Shown: positions 51,821-62,419 of the stretch, one piece after another
Layout: each line of letters starts with the position of its first letter
Position numbering within the stretch: position 1 is the stretch's first letter
DNA from: Vitrella brassicaformis CCMP3155
Taxonomy: Eukaryota > Protista > Chromerida
Reading direction: 5' to 3'
NCBI GenBank assembly: GCA_001179505.1
Contig: CDMY01000265.1
Coordinates: 78,455 to 142,454, forward strand
Length of the DNA: 64,000 nt
The notes under the pieces: generated by a model
Seen by the model: the letters and a program-made list of their open reading frames with translations, nothing else
The model's database searches: none
What the model was told of the DNA's origin: nothing
Program-made: the position numbers and the translations under genes

Positions 51821-52413
51821 TCATCCCACGGGACAGTCCCCCATTGCCGAGCCTACGTACCATGCACCCGTCGTAGTCTGGTATTCGTCGTCGCTGGCTC
51901 GGGTGCTGCATGTCGATGTGCGCCTTGTGTCGGAGAGCCGGATCGTGTCGCGGGACGTGTCACGGGAGGCAGACCGTTGAGCACGCTGTGGCTTGTATGG
52001 AGTTGGCGGGCGACGGTCCGCGTATGCGCTGGACGACACTGAAAGCAGAAGCCGTCAGCAACAGCATGGAAATGAGATCATCCTCTCCTGTCCTGTGTCA
52101 TTCCTCCCTCACTTTTGATCCCGATAACGATGGGTTTGTCTTGAGTGTCGCCCATGCCCCTCAGCGACTCGCCCACTGGTGCGCCGCCTCCGTGAGCCTT
52201 GACCCATCTGCCGTCACTCCGAAGCAGGCCCTCCTCACGAGTCTTGGCTCCTGTCGCCTCGTTGACAAGGCTGGCGAACTCCCGCGTTGTTGTGCTGGGC
52301 TTGCAAACGATGCGATGCACTCGCCCATCCGCCTTGGTGTTGTTGACGTTCACCTGCACGAACTTGGTGATGTCATCGTGGCTCGACGAGGCAGAAGAGG
52401 ATACGCACCCCAT
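51821..52413 (-). CDS. Small protein with MGCxxS dual-acylation N-terminus and a possible ubiquitin-like domain
   Basis: MGCVSSSASSS... then FVQVNVNNTKADGRVHRIVCKPSTTTREFASLVNEATG...LLRSDGRWV; downstream exons uncertain. Confidence 0.55.
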
Positions 52414-52853
52414 GGTGTCTTGCGGCCTGCAATGCAGGTACAAAGGCAGCACATGGATACCCCGTGCTGTTTCGGGAGAGAAGGCTGCATACCTCGTCTT
52501 CTGACGTATCTGGCATGCAAAGGCGGTGGTGGGGCGTCAGTGTATCTGTGTGGGTGTGTATCGGTGCTCCTCAGCGGCCGCGTGTGGCATTGAACGGCAG
52601 AATAGGAGAACGCCTTAAAGCACAGCAGCAGCGGTTTCAGGGAACACCCTAGGCGGCCTGGTGCAATTTTGTTGTATTTGTGCATTTGTGCGCAGCCAGG
52701 GACCAACTTGTGTGCGCATGAATGACTGCTTCACCCCAGTCATCAATCATCCCGCGTTCACAGAAAGGCTCGCCTGTACATAAACCTGTTCACAAATACA
52801 CACACGTCCACCCACTTTCCCCGCACCTGCCGACTCGCCCCCCCCCCCCCCCC

Positions 52854-53153
52854 NNNNNNNNNNNNNNNNNNNNNNNNNNNNNNNNNNNNNNNNNNNNNNN
52901 NNNNNNNNNNNNNNNNNNNNNNNNNNNNNNNNNNNNNNNNNNNNNNNNNNNNNNNNNNNNNNNNNNNNNNNNNNNNNNNNNNNNNNNNNNNNNNNNNNNN
53001 NNNNNNNNNNNNNNNNNNNNNNNNNNNNNNNNNNNNNNNNNNNNNNNNNNNNNNNNNNNNNNNNNNNNNNNNNNNNNNNNNNNNNNNNNNNNNNNNNNNN
53101 NNNNNNNNNNNNNNNNNNNNNNNNNNNNNNNNNNNNNNNNNNNNNNNNNNNNN
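52854..53153. other. Assembly gap (300 N) flanked by poly-C runs
   Basis: Directly visible. Confidence 1.
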
Positions 53154-53500
53154 CCCCGCCCCGCCCCCCCCCCCTCCCCTCCCCTTGCAACAAGCACCTG
53201 TGGACGCCTTGCACTGATCTCTTCGTGTGTACATGTGCATCGGCACCGAACAGCCAACATCACATCAAACATGGCATGAACGACCTAAGCATGAGCAACC
53301 GACCCGCACGTACAGGATAAAGCGAATGCAAATTCACGGCACTAGATCAGGTTGGCAGACACGAGAATCGCACCCAGTCAGTTAGGGTAATGCACACGCA
53401 ACGGACAGCCAGACAGCCAGACAGACAGATGGACAAATACATACGTGAGAGATAGAGAGAGATATGACATTCATTCAGCGTTGTTGTGGGTCGAGAGCCT

Positions 53501-54782
53501 TCATGGCCCGCTTGACATCTTCCTCGAGCACCACTCCCCAGCTCTCAGCCAGCTGCAAGCAAGGCCAAACACACAACCGGTCCAACCGCTCTCCACAACA
53601 AACCGTCCTCTTGGTTGCCGTACCTTGGTCGCTTCTGCCATGTATGTTTGCGTACCACCGTCCGACTGCTCACGAGCCTTGATGGCCAGCAGCACGGTGA
53701 ACACCAACACGGCCTCCCGAACTAAGTGCTTGACACGCACACACACACACACACACATGTGAGAGAGGCCTCTCTCTCGGTTGTGATGGCCTGCGTACAG
53801 CCGAAGACGATGCAGTTGTCGGTTCCGTGGAGGACCTTGCTGATCACCTTCTTGGCGGCATCTGTCACCTTGCCCACACCTGTCACCTGATTGACCTCCA
53901 CCAAATCACGCACCACCTGACGCATCCACAGACGAAGCACTTGCCGTATCTTCTGCACACATGTCGATGAATCGACCCCTACGTGGATGTCGTGCTGGTG
54001 GAGCTCGATAGACGTGTACGGTCCAACTGTTTCTTGAGGGTACAGCGAATGCACCTGACAGACACACCACACACATGGACAGACGATGGAGTGTGGTCGC
54101 TCGGTAAAGGGAAAGCTGCATGGCTGACCACATCGAGGGAGGTCGTGTCGACACACGTACAGTCATGCCGGCCGAGGTCCATGCTCGTCTGGAGGGGCTC
54201 CGACCGGTCAGGCAGTGAGGGGCTGCAGTGTGGCACACCACTGAAAGATGCATTGGCCCTGGTGTTCCCTTTCAGCTATGCCGATACCGGAAGAACTTGT
54301 TGAGCTCGGCATACGTGCGCTGCAGACAGACACACACGGATCAGAAGAGAACAGTCAGCACTGCGACAGACCCACCTGGCGCGCTTCTGCAGTTTTCATC
54401 TCCTGCTCTTCCTCCTGCAAACACCATCACCATGGCCAGCAGCAGCACAGCACCATGGTCCGCTCACCGACCGGCGACATTCCAGCATCGACCTCGGGTG
54501 GCGTCGACTCAGGCTGCACACGCACAATGAAGGAACACACATGCATGAGCAGGGCGCCTCGGATGAGCCGCGTATTCATCTCCTCACCTCGCTCGCATCC
54601 TCGGGAACCTGCTCGGGCTCTGCCGGAGATGCCTCCACCTGGTCACACAAAGCACAGACGCCGATGGAGAGGTGGCTGCCGCACCATTGGGCACTCACCT
54701 GTGTGTCGGGAGCGTCATCACTGGCCCCTTCTCCTACTAGCGGGACTGCAGCAGATGAGGAACATGTGATGCAGCCACCCAT
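53501..54782 (-). CDS. Unknown N-acylated protein, family member C
   Basis: MGGCITCSSS...DTQ|VEASPAEPEQVPEDASE|PESTPPEVDAGMSP|EEEQEMKTAEARQ|RTYAELNKFF|...CTCVDTTSLDVV|VHSLYPQETVGPYTSIELHQHDIH|VVRDLV...NCIVFG|FREAVLVFTVLL; 3' end uncertain. Confidence 0.7.
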
Positions 54783-54923
54783 GTCCACCAGTTAAGACGC
54801 ACGACACACCACAGCAGTTTTGCTCTGTTTCAAGTAAGAGATCTCAAGAAGGATCTTGATGGATCTGATTCATTACTTCCGCTTCTTTCGTCCATCGCTG
54901 TTGACGTCAAAGCCCTGGAGATC

Positions 54924-57006
54924 ATGACACAGCAGCCGTTTGTCGTCAACATTGAGCAAGGCTCAGCAGAGGCGCCGAGCTGCAAGCTGCCAGTGCCCTT
55001 AGACAAGCTATCCCTGCAGCACATCCTCTCCGCGGTCAGCTGATGGCAGACGAGCAGCATCACATTCGTCTTCTGATTCGTCAATCGTTTGTCTGTGGTT
55101 GGTATTATGCAGAAGCCTGGGTCTGGTCGTGGCTGGCTGAGTGGCGCACAGCTGACGTACAAGGCCTTGGACAGGGGATCGGGCGGTGCGGTATTCGCCA
55201 AGGCCATCCATTGCGCAGATGAAGGGAAGAAGGCATCGGCGAGGGCGGTGCGCAACGCGCTCCTGCGGGCCGTAGACAAGGAGCCGTGCCCATACATCGC
55301 TCTGCAGCATTTGCACGCTAGTGCGACACAGCCTGGGTCGATATGGGTCAGAATGGAAAGAAGGGGAGGATCGATGTGGCGCTCTTATGTGTGTGTGCAG
55401 ATTGTTGAGAAGTGGTCCACCGCCACGCTGCGTCAGTTGGTGGGCAAGACAGCCGTCAGCGAGGAGCTGCTGCGGTTCGTGGCTTGCGAAGCCCTCGCGG
55501 CCATTGAGCGCCTGCAAAAGCACAGGATTGTGCACGGCCGCGTCACTACCGCCGCCTTCCTGGTCGACGCAGATGGCCACCTGCAGCTGAGTGAGTGGCG
55601 ATGAATGACACGGCAGACCACACTGATGGATGACGGTCACTCTCTCTGTGTGTGTCCTGTTCCTGCGTGTGGATGCAGGCGGCTGTGGTGAGGCGGAAAT
55701 CTGCATGGACGGACAGCAGCTATCGAAAGAATCCCTAAGGGTACGATATCGCAGCCATGTGATCGATCGTTTCCCTCTGTGTGACGCCCTCCGTCAGGCC
55801 GACAGCCGTGCTGTGGGCGCCGTGTTGGCTGAGTTCGCCTTGGGCGAGCCCGTCGGCAGCGACATGAACCGAGCCGAGGTCAGACTGCCATCTGATGACT
55901 GCATGGATATGTGTGCTGATGGTGCTTTCTGGTTTTTCTGCCTGTCTGGTTCCAGGTTGCCGCGTTGCTGCGCGATGCCGTCGACCCCTCAGCGGACGGC
56001 TGTGAGGCTTCGAAGGTGGTTCAGAAGCTGCGGCAGAAGGGCTGCCCGCAGCCCTTCATCGACGTCATTGAGAGGTCGGCGACCCACCACTGAGCGGAGG
56101 GAGGCCATTCACCTGTGTGTGAGGATTGTGTGCTGGCCTCAGGTGCTTCAAGCTGCGACCCGCGCGGGAGATCCTGGGGTTGTCATTCTTCGCCAATCGC
56201 CCGACGCCAGACACCAGCCCACTGAAGTACGTATGTGTGTGTGTGTGTGTGTGTGGATGCATCGAATCGGCTCATTCGCTCCTCTGTGTATGGCTGTGTG
56301 TGGATGTAGAGAGGTTGTGTCGTTTGATGAATCGGGTGTGGCTGGTGACGCTGGTGCTGGTGCATCCACACTGTCCAGCCCGTCGCTGCCCGTGCTCAGC
56401 CCGCTCGACGTCGTTCACGGCATGATCTACACGCCAGTGGGCCAGACGTGCCTGGTCCTGGTCGATGCGAGGAGCGAGGAAGAGAAGAGCGCGGCACGCC
56501 TGCTGGTGGACTCTCATCCGCCTGCCTTGCAGTATTTCGAGAAGAAACTCGCGCAACCACATGTGGTAGGGGGAGGACTGGGGAGGACTGGGGACAATGG
56601 CCAATGCATTGACTGAATGCAGTTTGTGGACGAGCGGTTTGTGAACGAGGTTTCAGACTTCCTCCAGTGAGATTCCGGCAGAAACCGATCTCTGTGCAAG
56701 TGTGTATGTGTGTATGCTGCAGGCGTCAGGATGATGACCGTATGTCGCTGTGGGTATTCGTGTGCAACGGTGATGGCACTGGCAGAGACGGCGTCCTCCA
56801 AACAGTCAAGCACATACTGGCAAAACAGATAGAGGGTAAAAGCAGAGACGCAGGATGGACAGTGTCGATTGCACTTACCATCCTGTTCTGCCTGTGCGTG
56901 TTTGCTTGCAGGTGTATCAGAGGCGAACTTCGCCCTGCTGCACGGCGGCAGGGAGGGCCTCAACGCAGCGATAGCCGAGCTACTGACGAGCTGTCGCCTC
57001 TACTAA
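54924..57006 (+). CDS. Pseudokinase fused to a C-terminal rhodanese-like domain (TBCK-like but no TBC domain)
   Basis: LTYKALDRGSGGAVFAK, IVHGRVTTAAFLVDADGHLQLS|GCG, DSRAVGAVLAEFALGEP, RPAREILGLSFF; then LVLVDARSEEE, WVFVCNGDG, ALLHGG. Confidence 0.75.
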
Positions 57007-57233
57007 CGGATGTTGACCGGTTGTACTGCTGTTTCATCGCTGACTGATCAGTCACAGCACGGATTCATGATCGTTCATGATTTGAGTGACTGATTCACGC
57101 TCTTTTCCGTCATACCGTGAGTTGAGCGTCCACCGTCACTCAGTGACGGTCACCCGTTGTGAACCGAGAGCTGCATGCACGGGAATGCTAGCTTTGACCC
57201 GACACAGCCCCCACTCAGCCCCCAGTCTTCGAC

Positions 57234-58976
57234 ATGCACTCCGTTCGCCGGATTTTGCCCGCCGCACGAGCCACCGGCTCCTTCAAGAGAACCACAATCG
57301 ACTTGCTGCCCGCCACGGGCACCTTCAACGGCGAGCCATTCCCCCTCCACATCCATCAGCACTTCCACCACGGGTGTGGATGCGCCGGCTTCTTTTCCCC
57401 GCCAGCCGACCGCCCCCGCCTCGATGGAGGCAAATCCGTCAGCGGAGCCGCGGTAAGGTGGACACCGGATGCGACACGCGCTGTGACGCACGCACAGATG
57501 AGGCTGTCAAAGATGTCTGGATGTCATTGAGTTGTTCTCTCTCTGTTGCTGTTTGTTCTTGGAGTGCAGGTCTTCCAGGCGCAACAGCGCATCCGCCTCC
57601 AGCCCTCTCTCGCCAGCGCGGCCGCTTCGGCCACCACGCCGCCAACCAACGTCCGCGGCGAGATGAGGGCTTTGAAGAGGCTCGGGCCGGTGCGCGCGCA
57701 CATCCAGATGGAGACCCTCGCCCTCGAGCGTGCCATGGCCCTGAACAGCCCCAGCATTGCGCCCGTCAAGCAGGTAAGTGGATTAACTGCACTTTTCTTC
57801 GTGCCTTGACTCATTTTACGGCTGGTGGGATGGATTTCAGAGCTTCTCCGTCCGACAGGACGGCTCCCCCCCCGGCAGCGACGTCTTCATGGAGATGGCG
57901 GTCTACCGCCAGAACTTGCGGCAGTATGCCGCCGCCAGAAGGACCATGTCGGGGAGGTCTCTTATTGACGAGCAGGAGGCTAAGGACCTCCTCTACCCGC
58001 TCGTCGTCTGCCTGAGGGACCTCCTCGACAAGTGCGGCCTCATCCACGGGTAAGAAGAGAAGAGAAATAGATGCTGCAGTCGGTGCCCTTCGCGTAGCCG
58101 ACGGATTGTTATCCTACGCTGTTCGATTCGTAGCGATGTGAAGTCGGCCAATGTGATGGTCGATGGGGAGGATGAGGGGGCCGTTTTGAAGTTCATCGAC
58201 TTCGGCAACGCTCACGTTGCTCATGTAAGTGGCTGGCTGCTATAGAGACCGCATGAGTCTGTTTTCACATGTGTCCCAGCACACTGTTCTTTCTGTCTTT
58301 GGCCAGGCCGACAAACGAGAGGCCCTCAACAGCAAGGGGGCACAAACGCTGATACAAGACGATATCAGGGGATTGGGGTACGTGACATACATACACAATA
58401 CTTAGCATAAGGTCACCGTGTTGTGTGTGTTCGTTTGCTTGTTTCTTTGTGGCTTTTTGTGGCTCAGTCACTTGCTAGGGGAGCTGCTGTATGGGCCGCC
58501 ACGGAGGAGGGGGTGTTGCACGCACTTTAATGTAAGCAGACAAACAGCTCTGCGTCTCTCAATGGTCGGTCCTTGTCTCGTCTGTCCTTTCTGTGTCATG
58601 TCCTTATCTGCTGCAGAGGCCACTCGCCAGCGCTGCCGCCTACGACCTGTACGACAAGATGATGCGCCGCCCCCATACACTAACTTACGAGGACATTCTG
58701 AGCCATCGATGGTAGCCACAGAGGCGAATTCTGATTATTCAGTGGCCGCACTTCCTGTCTGCCTTATGCGTATGGTTGGTCAGGTTTGCTCGGGAATTCG
58801 AGGGCTACTGGAAGCCGCCCCGCCAGCCGGCCGCCGACCAGGCCCCTCCGCCCCCTCCGGCGACACTGGAGGACCACCCGGCCGCCCAGCCATCATGGCT
58901 GGAGCGGCTGCGGGCCTGGTGACGGTGGCTGCTGAGCTGTTTGTCGTCGCCCTTCATGTGCTGCCGGCGATCCTGA
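57234..58976 (+). CDS. Atypical protein kinase K2 (paralogue of K1, opposite strand)
   Basis: MRALKRL, LIHG|DVKSAN, LKFIDFG, DDIRGLG|HLLGELLYG, AAYDLYDKM...EDILSHRW|FAREFEGYWKP; in-frame TGA at 58920-58922 lies 18 codons before a second TGA at 58974-58976. Confidence 0.75.
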
Positions 58977-59364
58977 GGTAATAGCATGGAGGCGGGCAAA
59001 ACACACAAATGCACACGATGATGACGGTCACTCTTCCTTTCTTCCCCGCCCTCTGTCCTCTGCTCTCCATCCACCTCTTTCTTTGTGTATGTCAGTTTCG
59101 CTCTTGTGCCCACCCCAGCTGCTCACAATTTTGCTGACGCCTTCGCGAGTTTTTGTTTTTGCTCACTCTACTTCAAGGGCGAGGGGGTCAAGGGTCTTTC
59201 GTCTATCCGGGGGGAGAATTCGGCCCTGTTCGATCACAATATTCTCACGCTCACCTTTCCCAAGGCTCTCCGTCTGGACGAGTTGAAGCAGGTTCAGCGG
59301 ACGGCCATCAGCAGGAGTCGTGGGAGCAGAACATCCAGCGGATCATCATCAAGCAGTTCGAGAG

Positions 59365-62084
59365 GCAAGAATGGCGGCCAAAGGTACACATAGGCCGATT
59401 GACAATGGGAGGACACTGTTGCTGACCGTTTGTTTTGGGTCTGTCAGAGGCGGAACTGTATCTCAAGTATAGCGAGGAGCTCAAAGACCGACTCCTCAGC
59501 AGCGACCTGACCACGTACTTCGACAGCATCTCAATGTCGCTGTTTGAAGACGCCAAGGCCCGCATCCCCACATGCGACCGATCCAACCACGGCTCCTTCG
59601 ACAAGACCCTGTGCGGGCTCTTCTACTGGTAGACCTTCCCAAAAGACAACTGCAGACGGCGCCTGCTGTATGACCCCAACAACCCCAGCCCCTCGACGCC
59701 TTCGGGGTTCATGTCCATCACCCAGCTGCAGGCAGAGCCCACAGCTGCGGCGATAAAGCCGAAGCCCATCGTGTTTGACGACCTGAAGCCTCTTGCGGAC
59801 ATGTACCAGAGGGATCCCGTGCCCAAGAAGTTTGAGTACACTGACGCAGAGCTGGAGACATTCTTCCGGACAGAGGTGGTGCCCTTCATGGCGGCCATGC
59901 ACAAGCTCGCCGATACGTACAACAACATTCTGGCTGGCGGAGAGCACGCGTGTCTCGTGGCGGAGTGCAAAGACGGGAAATACCTGTTTGAGAAGCTCAT
60001 GAGCGCCAAGGCCGTCGAGGGGTTCTACCTCTTGCAGCCAGCTGCTGTATACGAATGGAGTAGGGAGGCGCTCAGACATAAGAGAGAGACATGCACATTG
60101 TCATGTCTCCTTGTCATGTCTATTTCATCTTGTGTCTTGTGTCTGTAGAGGTGACCCCCGAACTGGTTCTGTACCAGGATCGCTTGGCTCGGCAGCTCTA
60201 CACTGAGGCCAAGGCCTACGCGGAAGACTTCCCCAAGAGGCCCTATTTGCCCAAGCGACCCCCCCAGGTCCCCGACCTCAACGCACTCACGGTCCCCAAG
60301 CAATTGGATGAGCTCGCCAAATATCTCCTCGTGAGCGGCTTGATGATGGCTGTAAAATCCGGTGTGCGCACGAAGGACATTCTCTGGTGTCTCTGTAATG
60401 ATGTGCAGGATAAGCTGGTTAACAAGGTCGATGTCGTCGCATCAGAGTTGCAGGCCTTCTTCAAGACGGCCCTTCCCAAAACCCTGCAAATCCTGCCGGC
60501 TTCTACAACGAGGTCAGGGCTGCCTTCGAACCGGTGCACGAGAGGCTCAAGGGCACCGACTACGGCAAGGCATTCGACAACTTCGTCGCATACGAGGCTG
60601 CCAAAAGTAAGGCGGACGTCGAGACACCAACACAGAAGAGGCAGAAGCAAGTGAACTCTGCTGGTTGTCATTCAGTGACCCGCGAGTTCCGTCGCTACTT
60701 CGACACGGCAACCCTTGTCGACGAGGTGGTCCGCAGCAAGTATCTCAAGGAGGTGGCGGCTTCTATCGTCAAAGACGGCGAGCACCGGCTGCCGTCCATC
60801 GGTCGCTACGACAGGGACTCCGACAAGAAGCTCTACACTCTGTTCCAGGAGGCCTTCAAGACAGGCTCCGTCATCACGGCATCGGTGTCCGTGCCGGCAG
60901 ACTGTCCCCTCAACGATCCACTCTGCACGAGTGTATCCCAATTGCCCACAGTCAGTTTCCAAGACGTCAAGCCGGCCTGGGCAACCACAGCCCCAGACGA
61001 CTGGACCCACTTCCTGGACAAATTTGCTGTTCCCTTTTTTGAGACCCTGCGGCTAAGGGGAGACAAGTACTACAAGGACCCGAGTGAGGAGAAGAAGAAG
61101 GTGTTCAGGGACTATCTTCCGACACTGGCGGTAAGGTAAGATTGGTGGCACCGTTGCCCGCCCCTGCATCATCCCCTGATCTCACCTGGTCTGTCTCATC
61201 AGGTCGATAGCTACTACCTGCTGATCAACGTCGCGCGGCAGCACACTTCGCCTGAACCCGGGGAAACGCCCATCCGCCGGCGGCTGATGCTTCAGGCCAC
61301 CCCCGAGCACCTGAGTGCGATGCAGGTGAGAGAGACACAGCTGCATGTGTGTGGGTGAGAGTTGTGTGTTCTGCAGAAAACCACTGCGGAGGGGGCGGAC
61401 CTGTATATCACTCAAGTACAGCCCCCCGAAGTGGTCATCCCCCCAGCCGCCCTGCTCACGGAATCCGAGCAACTCATTGTCAAGATGAGCAAGGAGGCTG
61501 TCGAGGCGGCCAAACAGTACGGTGACGCCTTCGTCAAGCTGCCCTTGCTGCCGCCCCTGCTGCCCTGGGGCTACCTGCAGCCCGCCATCCCCAAGGCCCC
61601 AGCGGCCATGCCATTCATCCCCTCTTACAAGCCATATGGCGGGGCGGCTTTGGTCACAAAGGGGGAGTCGCTGGTGGTATTCCCCACTCTACGGCAGATG
61701 ACGCCGCCCAGCGTTGGGTTGCCGGCGTATGGCGGGTCGAGTGAGGTGGTCAACATGGTGTTTGTCAGGGAGTATCGGGCCATCCTGTATTCGAGGGAGA
61801 GGGAGGTCGACCTGACCGGCGCTTTGCCAGAGACACTGACTAGAGAGCTGACGGTCTACGCCAACTCCTTCCTCAAGGCTGTCGCCGTCAAGGTACTTAT
61901 ACAGACGAACTCTCTGTGGCTGGCAGTTTCTTTCCATACTCTCTCTCGATGCCATTCCTCTTATATCGTCAGGTGTCTGCCAAGAGGCCTTCCTTCGACG
62001 TTGAGCAGTACAGCGCGTATGTCGATCTGGTCGCGATGTATGCTTACGGAGACCTCAGACAGGTAGGTGCAGAGAGACAGAGAC
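59365..62084 (+). pseudogene. Pseudogenised 2.7-kb partial duplicate of the secreted repeat-protein gene (source about 13805-16546)
   Basis: Colinear exon and intron similarity; CAG>TAG stop at 59630-59632, 1-nt deletion near 60499, net 18-nt in-frame loss near 61820; both gene ends missing. Confidence 0.92.
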
Positions 62085-62419
62085 CTCAGGTGGGAGGCAC
62101 ACAAAACACGCACACGCACCGCCAGCCTTGCACTCGGCAGTGCCCATCCCTGCAGCTTGACTGTTGGCGCCACGGGATGCAGCGACTGACGTCCATCATT
62201 TAGCAGCTGTCTCTGCTGTCTCGCACCTCTGTCACTGAGGTGAGGGAGGCCCGAGATAGGGACCGCAGCTCTATCCAATGATCTTATCTCCGTGTGTGGT
62301 CCATCCACTTTAGGTGACCCACAATGAGGCGTTAGCCGAGGCTTCCCAGATGGTATTCAGCACGCTAAGAAGGTGAAAGCCTATCAGCGCACACCTGTCT
62401 GCGATCGATCAATGAAGAA

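Noticed and set aside
58895-58981. Apparent signal-peptide ORF MAGAAAGLVTVAAELFVVALHVLPAIL for a chimeric gene
   Set aside because: It is an alternative frame of the last K2 exon, whose true frame (WFAREFEGYWKP) is confirmed by homology to K1.
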